Shown one piece after another: positions 1 through 8,000 of a stretch of 64,000 bases of DNA. The notes below the pieces were generated by a model that was not told the origin of the DNA, searched no databases, and saw only the letters and a program-made list of their open reading frames with translations. Position 1 is the stretch's first letter. Every line of letters begins with the position of its first letter. Origin of the DNA: Fidelibacterota bacterium (GTDB taxonomy: Bacteria > Fidelibacterota > Marinisomatia > Marinisomatales > JABMOV01); assembly GCA_046861395.1 (NCBI GenBank), contig JBHHUC010000004.1, positions 1,985 through 65,984 of the forward strand, read 5' to 3'. A program made the translations under genes and the position numbers.

Positions 1-817
1 CCGGCACCAGGCGACAGGCCGCCGTAACATCGGGGAATAGGAGTAATCCGGTGGCTTTCTGTCCCGGGTCAGGGATGGTTTCAAATGTTATCCGTGAAAT
101 GAATGCTAGCGTACCTTCCGCCCCGATCAGGAGATGGGCAAAAATATCCAGCGGATGATCATAGTCGATGAAGGCATTCAGTGAATACCCCAGCGTATTC
201 TTCCGGCGGTATTTATCCCGGACCCGATCCGCCAGTTTCGGATGGTTTTCTATCCGTGCTTTCAATGTCAGCAATCCATCGGCCAGGGATTTTTCAACCT
301 TTACAAATCGGTCATAATCTTCTTCCACCGCAGTATCATAGATTTGGCCGTTGGCCAGGATGAAGCGGATCGTGTGCATGGTATGATAGGAATTATAAAC
401 CACACCGCAACACATGCCCGAAGCATTGTTACTGGCAATGCCACCGATCCGGGCGGCTTTGATGCTGGCAGGGTCCGGACCGATCCGCCGACCGTAGGGT
501 TGCAAAACACGATTGACGAATTCTCCCGTCAGTCCCGGCTCCACCGAAATGTATTTGCCCTGGTCCTTAATTGAATAACCCTTCCAATCCCGCACCACTT
601 CGGCGATCAGACCGCTGGTAACGGCCTGACCGGACAGGGATGTCCCGCCTGTGCGGAAGGTTACCGACGTAGAATGGGTCCGGGCGTAGGACAGCAATTC
701 ACGGATTTCATCTTCATTACGGGGGCGCACCACGGCCGATGGAACCAGACGGTATAAACTGGCATCATGGGCATAGGCCAACCGGTCGGTCCAACCGGTA
801 AGCAATTCAACGGGCAT
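1..817 (-). CDS. FAD-binding oxidoreductase, GlcD / D-lactate dehydrogenase-like (N-terminal part; gene runs off the left edge)
   Basis: Absent from the ORF track because it has no stop in the window. Manual minus-strand translation from ATG at 815-817 gives MPVELLTGWTDRLAYAHDASLYRLVPSAVVRPRNEDEIRELLSYARTHSTSVTFRTGGTSLSGQAV...IGGIASNNASGMCCG...LIGAEGTLAFISRITFETIP, open to position 1. FAD-binding PCMH-type motifs are present. The ATG overlaps the upstream thioesterase stop by 11 nt. Confidence 0.75.
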   Translation of the reverse strand, partial: MPVELLTGWTDRLAYAHDASLYRLVPSAVVRPRNEDEIRELLSYARTHSTSVTFRTGGTSLSGQAVTSGLIAEVVRDWKGYSIKDQGKYISVEPGLTGEFVNRVLQPYGRRIGPDPASIKAARIGGIASNNASGMCCGVVYNSYHTMHTIRFILANGQIYDTAVEEDYDRFVKVEKSLADGLLTLKARIENHPKLADRVRDKYRRKNTLGYSLNAFIDYDHPLDIFAHLLIGAEGTLAFISRITFETIPDPGQKATGLLLFPDVTAACRLVP

Positions 818-1247
818 GATGTTCCTGAAAGTACTGATGCAACACTTGCGGCACCGGGATCGGCCGGTTCAGGGTATAGTTATACGCCACCAATTTGAAT
901 TCAGCCTGCAGGATGGGGACCATTTCATCCGGCAGGAATATCCCCGTTTGCATATCAAAACTGGTCCGGCCGATTCGAGATATATTCTGACCGATTTCAA
1001 GCTGTGACGGATGGGTAATCGGATAAAAATAATGGATTTCCATTCCGGCCAGGATTGAACTGTTTTCCGCTTCCCACCGGGAATAATCCATGCCCAGGTT
1101 GTGGTAAAAATCCAGCCGGGCAGTTTCCATGTAGGAGAGATAGGCAGCATGATTAATATGTCGCAATCCGTCCATATCCCCCCAGCGTGTTCTGAGCGCG
1201 GTCCAGAATGAAAAATCCGATCGTTTTAATTTTTCCCGTTTCACCAT
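807..1247 (-). CDS. acyl-CoA thioesterase, hotdog fold (4HBT/YbgC-like)
   Basis: 146-aa ORF. RTRWGDMDGLRHINHAAYLSYMETARLDFY matches the N-terminal D-x-x-G-H-hydrophobic-N-x-x-Y motif of YbgC-type thioesterases. Confidence 0.65.
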   Translation of the reverse strand: MVKREKLKRSDFSFWTALRTRWGDMDGLRHINHAAYLSYMETARLDFYHNLGMDYSRWEAENSSILAGMEIHYFYPITHPSQLEIGQNISRIGRTSFDMQTGIFLPDEMVPILQAEFKLVAYNYTLNRPIPVPQVLHQYFQEHHAR

Positions 1248-1372
1248 GATGAAATTTAACGGTACTCCGGGAAAATGCGATCAGGAAATCCCGGCCAGCA
1301 GGCAGAATATTTTATTACGATTTTCTCCGAATGGTGGTAATATTCCGGTTATTACACACGATTGGAGGGTTC

Positions 1373-2623
1373 ATGAAGTTCAATTACTGGCGCATTTTAC
1401 TCCTGGGATTTGGATTTATGGGCGTTACGTTGCTCTGGGGAATATATAATGCCTACGTCCCCATCTTCCTGCAGGCCGGCCGGCCGGACTACAGTACTAC
1501 AGCCGGGGTCAACGGCTTCGGGATGAGTGCCGGGATTACCGGCTTCATCATGACGCTGGATAATATTGCCGCCCTGCTGATCCTGCCCTTTGTGGGCGCA
1601 TTCTCAGACCGGATCTGGACCAGAATCGGACGCCGAAAACCATTCATTTTATTCGGAGCGCCCCTGGCTTTCCTGGGCTTCATTGCCATCCCTCTTTTCG
1701 TAGGAAAATCGCTGGTATTCTTCATGGCTGCCATCGGTTTAACCCTGTTGGCGATGGATATTTTCCGTACACCTGTCATTTCCTTCATGGGCGATATTAC
1801 ACCGTCTCCCCGTCGTTCACAGGCTAATGGCATGATCAATCTTATGGGTGGTATCGGCGGCGTGCTGGCCTTTGTCGTTGGTGGTCTATTGTTTAAAGTG
1901 TCGGTCGGTGCTCCCTTTTATTTTGGCGGACTGGCCATGTTGGTGGGCTGTGGAATTGTCCTTCTATTGATCCGGGAACCGGAGCCACAGGAAGCCAATG
2001 CTCCGGAAGAAGAACCGGCCTTGATTCCCAGCCTGAAACGCGTCGTGCGGGACCGGGACAGGTCAGCTCTAATGCTCCTGGGAGCAATCTTCTTCTGGTT
2101 TCTGGGCTACGGCGCACTGGAAGTCTTTTTCACGTCTTTTGCCGTCAACCGTCTCCACGTTGACAGCGGCCAGGCGACCTTTCTGCTGGCATATTTCTCG
2201 ATTGCAATTATCGGGTTTTCCCCTCTCAGCGGCTGGATCGGAAGCCGAATGGGTCGGAAACGAACCATCGCAGTTGGAATTGTGGCCTTTGCTGTCCTAC
2301 TGGCCATCGGATTCTTCATGGATACGGTTCTTCAGGCCAAGATTATTCTGCCTCTGTGCGGGATTTCCTGGAGCCTGATTCTGGTGAATTCCCTGCCCAT
2401 GATTCTGGACATGGCCCCTCCCGGTCACCTCGGTGTCTATACCGGATTATATTACCTGGCCTCGCAATTCAGCAATATCGTGGGACCCATTCTATCCGGA
2501 AAGATTATAGACATTTTTCACAATGATTACAGAACCGCTTTTCTCTATGGGACATTTACCCTCCTGATCGCTCTGGTATTCCTGCTACCCGTTACAAAAG
2601 GTGAAGCCGTTGAGACCGGCTGA
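1373..2623 (+). CDS. MFS transporter (GPH/SLC45-like sugar-cation symporter type)
   Basis: Highly hydrophobic ORF with about 12 hydrophobic segments. It carries a RIGRRKPFILFG loop motif. Start moved from 1331 to ATG 1373, which has a GGAGGG 5 nt upstream. Confidence 0.75.
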   Translation: MKFNYWRILLLGFGFMGVTLLWGIYNAYVPIFLQAGRPDYSTTAGVNGFGMSAGITGFIMTLDNIAALLILPFVGAFSDRIWTRIGRRKPFILFGAPLAFLGFIAIPLFVGKSLVFFMAAIGLTLLAMDIFRTPVISFMGDITPSPRRSQANGMINLMGGIGGVLAFVVGGLLFKVSVGAPFYFGGLAMLVGCGIVLLLIREPEPQEANAPEEEPALIPSLKRVVRDRDRSALMLLGAIFFWFLGYGALEVFFTSFAVNRLHVDSGQATFLLAYFSIAIIGFSPLSGWIGSRMGRKRTIAVGIVAFAVLLAIGFFMDTVLQAKIILPLCGISWSLILVNSLPMILDMAPPGHLGVYTGLYYLASQFSNIVGPILSGKIIDIFHNDYRTAFLYGTFTLLIALVFLLPVTKGEAVETG

Positions 2624-2883
2624 TAGTACGATCATGACAATCGGTCCCGGCAACAGTAATCGATGCGGAGGCATGGGTTAAACCACTTGATTGAAGTTCG
2701 CGCATGATACCCTGAAGCAATGCCACCGATATTAGGCGGATCCGATTCCCTGGAAATGGTACGATTACGGTGTGCTTAAGAGACGGGCCTGAGGAAATGG
2801 TCAACATCCTTCAAATCGGTTGACATGTGTCGCAGTCAAACCCCTAGTCACTTAAATCGTCTTCCGTAATATACAAGGACCGG

Positions 2884-2931
2884 GGAATGCCATGCTGAAG
2901 CGTAACCAGTTTACTGTCATCATGGCATTCC
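2884..2931. repeat. perfect 11-bp inverted repeat (GGAATGCCATG / CATGGCATTCC) with a 26-nt spacer, in the 401-nt spacer between convergent genes
   Basis: Read directly: arms at 2884-2894 and 2921-2931. On the plus strand it is followed by AGACAGATTTTATTAT. Function (terminator, sRNA or protein site) is not established. Confidence 0.5.
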
Positions 2932-3024
2932 AGACAGATTTTATTATCCTGACCTCACAGTCCCGGTACAAGAAAATTAAGATAGATGAATCTAATCATC
3001 GCTCCGTCGCTGATAAGTGCCGGT

Positions 3025-4995
3025 TTATTGAACCAAATTCACATACTGTGAGAGGATTGCCCTGATTGCTTCACCATTATGGATTCCGCGACTACCGTCC
3101 TTGCGAATGGAGTCCAGAGCAGCTCGAATGGATTGTATTTCTTCCTGGGATAATCCGTTTCGTTTTTCTTCCAGGATAGATTCCAATTGCTCCATCTCAG
3201 CCTGGATTTCATCCTGCCATTCGCTGAAATAATCCTCATATTCTTCTTCATGGCAATCCACACAGGAAGCGGCTCCAGGACGAATCACCGGTTCGTCCTT
3301 TTCTCCGGCGTGACAGCCCAAGCAGTCTACGTCACCCTGTTCCATGAAGTCGGCCTCAATGTCCACCGCCAGATCAATGGATCCTTCATAGATTTCAGTC
3401 TGTAAACGATGACATTTTTCGCAGGAAACTTTTTCCTGGGTATGGTGACAATTCAGACATTCTGAACGGGTAATAGTCGTTTGTCCGTGGTTCTGCCGGT
3501 TCGAATGACAGGTGGAACAAGGTAATTTATTGTTATTGATATGAATATCATGACTGAAAGTAACTCCAAAGGCTTTGACGTCAACTTTTTCCTGGCCGTA
3601 GTGGCAATTGACGCATTCCGATGGTATCAGCTGGCTGTATTCGGATAAATCGGGTGAACATCCCTCCACTCCGATGAGGTCGGTAATCTTCTGTAAATCA
3701 TCCGATGCTTCCACCAGCAGCTTATCGGAAAAGGCCACATTGTGAACTACATTCCCGTTAAGGACCAGTTGGTAATTGTATTCCGCGGATGCTAAGGGTG
3801 GATTAATTTTTGCAAGAATTTCATCGGAATAATCCGCCGTCTGAATAATCTCCCTTACCTTAGCAAGACAATCCCCCACCAGGGTCAGTTTTTCTTCCAT
3901 GATGGATTCCCAGCGATCGAACAATTTGGCGTATCCGGTGCCGTGACAGCGTTCACAAGATTCTCCCTTGGCCCGGGACACTTTGTCGATCACTGAACGG
4001 GACGTTGATTCATGGAAAATATGGCAGGCCTGGCAATTCAATCCGGCCTCAAACATGGGATTGGGCAGTTGATAATCATGCATTGTATTGCGACCGGTAA
4101 ATAGGGTCAGCTGCTCCGTATGTTCCGATTCATGGCAACTGTTACACTCCGGCAATATGTCATCCGTTCGGGCAATGGATTTATGCTGGATACTCGTGTG
4201 GCAGCTCTGGCATTCCACTTTATGATCCGTGATATGATTCTTATGGATGAATTCCACATCGGAATACTTTTCCAGTTTTTCAATTTCCGCATGACAGACA
4301 CTGCAGCGGTTTTCAGGAACACTTCCGTCACCAACCTGCATTTCCCCGTGGCATTTCTGGCAGGTTATATTCTGTTCCAGGACATAAACATGGTCATAGG
4401 GTACGTCCGGTGTTTCTTCTGTCTTTACGGGTGCATTATGGCAATTGGTACATGAATTAATCGATTCCGTCAATTCTGATTGCTTGAAATGGCACAGGAA
4501 ACAGGTGTTTTTAGTAACTGAAATATGTTCCCCCTGAACAATCTGTGAATGACAACTGGTACAACGGAGCTTCTTGTTCCGGCGCAGTACCGTCAAATGC
4601 GGTTCATGGTCGAAAATGATGCCTTCCCTGAATTCAATTTCACCTTTCAAATTACGTTCCACATGACAGCCGGAACGCAAACAGGATGCATCTTCGATTT
4701 CGGCCCAGGGTTTTGATTTTTTATAGACCCCGGTCATATAGTTCACGACCATGGAAGCGGCTGTCAGTTTCCCCTTAACCTTGGATTTGAAGCCGGGTGG
4801 AAAATGACAGTCGGTACAGGTAACGTCGGCGTGCGAAGACGTTTTCCAGGCCGCGACATAGGGTTCCATAAAATGGCAGGTTGAACAAAAGGCAGGTTTT
4901 GATGTTACTTCAATAAGTCCGAATACGAATATCCCCCCCACTATCAGAATACCGGTAAATAGGAGCAACATACGTATCGTATTTTTCGTAGTCAT
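3025..4995 (-). CDS. membrane-anchored multihaem cytochrome c with a NapC/NirT/NrfH-type N-terminal module (17 CXXCH + 1 CX4CH)
   Basis: 656 aa. A single N-terminal TM helix (LLLFTGILIVGGIFVFGLI) is followed at once by CSTCH..W.TSSH..CTDCH. I counted 17 CXXCH motifs plus CLRSGCH. There are two haem-free helical segments of 109 and 74 aa. Confidence 0.9.
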   Translation of the reverse strand: MTTKNTIRMLLLFTGILIVGGIFVFGLIEVTSKPAFCSTCHFMEPYVAAWKTSSHADVTCTDCHFPPGFKSKVKGKLTAASMVVNYMTGVYKKSKPWAEIEDASCLRSGCHVERNLKGEIEFREGIIFDHEPHLTVLRRNKKLRCTSCHSQIVQGEHISVTKNTCFLCHFKQSELTESINSCTNCHNAPVKTEETPDVPYDHVYVLEQNITCQKCHGEMQVGDGSVPENRCSVCHAEIEKLEKYSDVEFIHKNHITDHKVECQSCHTSIQHKSIARTDDILPECNSCHESEHTEQLTLFTGRNTMHDYQLPNPMFEAGLNCQACHIFHESTSRSVIDKVSRAKGESCERCHGTGYAKLFDRWESIMEEKLTLVGDCLAKVREIIQTADYSDEILAKINPPLASAEYNYQLVLNGNVVHNVAFSDKLLVEASDDLQKITDLIGVEGCSPDLSEYSQLIPSECVNCHYGQEKVDVKAFGVTFSHDIHINNNKLPCSTCHSNRQNHGQTTITRSECLNCHHTQEKVSCEKCHRLQTEIYEGSIDLAVDIEADFMEQGDVDCLGCHAGEKDEPVIRPGAASCVDCHEEEYEDYFSEWQDEIQAEMEQLESILEEKRNGLSQEEIQSIRAALDSIRKDGSRGIHNGEAIRAILSQYVNLVQ

Positions 4996-5140
4996 AGTAA
5001 TTGATCCGATATTATTATATGTGGATTATTGATGTGATTCCCCCATTTGACTTGACCCCCGATATAGATTATTACCTTACATAGACAAACTGAATCGGGT
5101 AAATGAAATGAGGCTGTTTGAAATTGTTTGCATCATGACC

Positions 5141-5971
5141 TCAGCTAGGTGCAATGATTCCATTGTGACAAACCGGGCAGGATACGGTTATTTTTCCTTG
5201 TTCCCCTGATCGCGTATGGCACGAAGTGCAATAGATGCCCACGGTGTTTTCCTGCTCGGTATCGGTTTCTGCCTTGGCATGGTAATAGGCATGGCAATTT
5301 GTGCAGCGCTGGTCCAGCAGATAGGCTGTACCGTGGAATTGTTTCTGTTCTTCAATGGTGGCTGTGGAATCCACCGGTGTTCCCACCCAGATCGCCACAG
5401 GCGGGTGTCCACTTTCACCGCCTTCGTGGCAGGAATAACAGGAAATGCCTGTAATGCCCCCCTGATAATTGCTGCCATGACAAGCCTGGCATTTCTCAAT
5501 CCCGAAATCCCCGATACTGGCCATGTGAGAATAAGTGGAATCGGGGTTGGTCCATCCGGCGGTATGACTCTGTGCCCCGAGATAATGGCAACCGCTCTGG
5601 TAGCAGGTCACTTCGGCGATTCCACCCTGCAAAGTGGCGCCGTGGCAGGCTCCGCAAGCCTCCCACCCGAATTGGGATATGGCATCGGGATGGGATGTCC
5701 CGGATACGGTAAATACCCAGCCCTCTTCCTGATGTAAACCGTCCTCTAGATGGCAGTCGGAAGTAAAACAGGACACACCCGCTGATCCTCCCTGTAAATG
5801 TTCACCGTGACAGGGACGACAACTCTCCAACCCCACGACGGATAATTTTTTCATGTGGGAGATGGTTGCCTCGGGGTCAGCCCAGGTATCGGGATGGATG
5901 ATCTCTTCATTCAGTTCCGTGCAAGAAAAAACCAGTACTGAGACAGAGAACAATGTCAGAAATAATTTCAT
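5141..5971 (-). CDS. multihaem cytochrome c lipoprotein (7 CXXCH + 2 CX4CH)
   Basis: Signal peptide with lipobox LVFS|C. Motifs: CRPCH, CFTSDCH, CGACH, CYQSGCH, CQACH, CYSCH, CTNCH, CTSCH, CPVCH. The ORF track starts at GTG 5980; ATG 5971 (MKLFLTLF) forms an ATGA overlap with the upstream stop and is preferred. Confidence 0.88.
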   Translation of the reverse strand: MKLFLTLFSVSVLVFSCTELNEEIIHPDTWADPEATISHMKKLSVVGLESCRPCHGEHLQGGSAGVSCFTSDCHLEDGLHQEEGWVFTVSGTSHPDAISQFGWEACGACHGATLQGGIAEVTCYQSGCHYLGAQSHTAGWTNPDSTYSHMASIGDFGIEKCQACHGSNYQGGITGISCYSCHEGGESGHPPVAIWVGTPVDSTATIEEQKQFHGTAYLLDQRCTNCHAYYHAKAETDTEQENTVGIYCTSCHTRSGEQGKITVSCPVCHNGIIAPS

Positions 5972-6795
5972 TGATGACACCTCAAACAGGTTGGGTTGTT
6001 TTCGTCCAGATGACAGGCTTTACAGGTCATGGGACTATCAGCCGCAGAACTGCCATGTAACCCACCGTCCTCCGGCAGGTTATTGACCCAGTCTGGCAAA
6101 TTATGGTCCACCGGCATATGCTGATTCCGGACATGACAGGTATAGCAACTGGTGGCAATATTATGGCAGGTATAGCAATCTTTGATCCCCAAACGGGATT
6201 CCATGCCGTGGCGAATCATGAAATCGACCGGATGTACGCGGGGTTCGAACTGCTGCAGGGCATGGCATTGGTCACAATAGGATTGCGTGTGGCACATGGA
6301 ACAGTTATTTTCATCTCTACTAACCACTGTGGAACCGTGAATATCTTTCCAACCCGGCATATGGTTTTCCGGTTTATTAATACTGTGGCATTGCCGACAT
6401 TGTGATTCATCCCAAGCCTGATACCGTTCCTCGCCATCATCGACGAGCGTCGCGCCATGACATTTGCCACAGTCCGTAAACCGGGATAAATGCCGTTTAT
6501 GCGAAAAGGGCAATCCGCTGTTATGATGAAATTCCTGGTAGGACAATGGATCATCAGTATTCATATGACAAATCGAACAGTTTTCATCATCCTCGACTTC
6601 GTGACAATCAGAACAGACATCCATGGTGGGGAGAATGCTGTAGTCCAATTGGGTGGATTGGGACACATCACTATGACAAGTGGTACATTCCAGTTCTTCA
6701 TCCTCTACGTGCAGAGGATGGGAAAAACGGATATAATCCGTCGTTTGTCCGCTGAGAATGACGGACAGCATGAGTATGATACTATAACGCGACAT
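5968..6795 (-). CDS. periplasmic multihaem cytochrome c (11 CXXCH)
   Basis: 275 aa with Sec-type signal MSRYSIILMLSVILSGQ and no lipobox. There are 11 CXXCH motifs, about one haem per 25 residues. The start overlaps the upstream barrel-gene stop by 14 nt. Confidence 0.9.
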   Translation of the reverse strand: MSRYSIILMLSVILSGQTTDYIRFSHPLHVEDEELECTTCHSDVSQSTQLDYSILPTMDVCSDCHEVEDDENCSICHMNTDDPLSYQEFHHNSGLPFSHKRHLSRFTDCGKCHGATLVDDGEERYQAWDESQCRQCHSINKPENHMPGWKDIHGSTVVSRDENNCSMCHTQSYCDQCHALQQFEPRVHPVDFMIRHGMESRLGIKDCYTCHNIATSCYTCHVRNQHMPVDHNLPDWVNNLPEDGGLHGSSAADSPMTCKACHLDENNPTCLRCHQ

Positions 6796-7951
6796 GAATG
6801 GTTACTCCTCCCCTTCCGTCCTGGATAAAATATGGATTCGACGCCATCCGGAAATAACTGCGAAAGGCAATATTCCGCATGGGATTCCACTCCAGCCAGC
6901 CATAGATACCATAGGAATTGGCATTTTCGAACCATTCATCCACCAGAACCAGAATATTGGTTTCATAATTCAAACCAACCCTGATTTTACGATGAATTGT
7001 CCGGGTCAAACCGACATTGCCACCGTACCAGGTCCTGCGGCCCTGCGATCCCACCAGTAAGCCCAGGGAATAATCTTTGTAAACTGCGGCACTATGCAGA
7101 TAGGTGGATGGTTCATTTTGAAATCGATATGAATATTGGTTCACTACTGCCAGTTTTCGCCCGAACCGTGACCGGGTCTGGAAGTAAAAGGTCGGCGGAA
7201 TGGTAATACCTTCCTCACTCCAATGAAAGAGTTCCCCAACCATATATCGGCGTTGCTTCAGACCTAATTGCAATAGGTGATTATTCAGATTGTACTGTAG
7301 GGAAAAGCGGAAATTATGGATTCGTTCGCTTTCCTGATCGTAACTGATCTGCTGACTGATCTGGATACCGAAAATGGGATAAGTCCAGGCCAAACCGGTA
7401 AAAGAATGGCTTTCGCCGCCTAACGATTGTGTCCAGTACGATGCCTGAAGATTCCTGAATCGATTTCCCGCAGTCCAGGAAACCAGTACCACGGGATCGG
7501 GTGAAGCAGAATCTCGGGTCAATTCATAAATGGCTTCGAGTCCGGATAAGAATGTGAATCGACCCAGTCGCCGGGTCTTTAACGCATAGGTCAGACCATC
7601 GAAACGCAGGTTATTCATCCGGCTCCAATATCCTTGCCGACCCAAAGCAATTGAATGTGTATTATTCTGATAGCGAATTGATAATTGATACATCCGGAAG
7701 GATTTCGTTAATAGGAGGTTGGTACTCCCTACTTCCAGCAAGGATTGTATGGCAATGTGCCGGGTGGGATCGGCGTGGAATTGCAATACACTGCGCCACT
7801 GGAGATCTTCATCCGCGCTCCAGAGATGTAAGCGGGGTGTGATAAAGGAGCTGGTCAGAGATGTGGTCGTAGCACCATGAACGATTGAAATGAAGACGAA
7901 AAAACACATCAGGCCAGAGCGTCGCAAATTTCGCATGAGCAAGGAATTCAT
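6782..7951 (-). CDS. secreted beta-strand-rich protein, probable outer-membrane beta-barrel (candidate porin partner of the cytochromes)
   Basis: 389 aa with signal peptide MRNLRRSGLMCFFVFISIVHG|ATT. It has many alternating aromatic/polar strand-like segments (YQLSIRYQ, LTYALKT, FRFSLQYNL, FYFQTRSRF, VGLNYETN, YGIYGWLEW) and no Cys or haem motif. No family was recognised by eye. Confidence 0.6.
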   Translation of the reverse strand: MNSLLMRNLRRSGLMCFFVFISIVHGATTTSLTSSFITPRLHLWSADEDLQWRSVLQFHADPTRHIAIQSLLEVGSTNLLLTKSFRMYQLSIRYQNNTHSIALGRQGYWSRMNNLRFDGLTYALKTRRLGRFTFLSGLEAIYELTRDSASPDPVVLVSWTAGNRFRNLQASYWTQSLGGESHSFTGLAWTYPIFGIQISQQISYDQESERIHNFRFSLQYNLNNHLLQLGLKQRRYMVGELFHWSEEGITIPPTFYFQTRSRFGRKLAVVNQYSYRFQNEPSTYLHSAAVYKDYSLGLLVGSQGRRTWYGGNVGLTRTIHRKIRVGLNYETNILVLVDEWFENANSYGIYGWLEWNPMRNIAFRSYFRMASNPYFIQDGRGGVTIHVAL

Positions 7952-8000
7952 TTTATTTCCATATGGTTATGATGTTTTCCATTAAGGATAATCGGAACCG

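Noticed and set aside
2592-2807. 71-aa minus-strand ORF in the MFS/cytochrome spacer. A 58-aa plus-strand ORF starting at 2892 was also noted.
   Set aside because: No ribosome-binding site, overlap with the ends of real genes, and no recognisable sequence features. Treated as non-coding.
5216-5737. 173-aa plus-strand ORF, and other ORFs (5188-5499, 6103-6405, 6216-6554, 6490-6828), overlapping the cytochrome genes.
   Set aside because: The minus-strand frames carry regular CXXCH spacing and signal peptides. The overlapping frames have no motifs and are explained as shadow ORFs.
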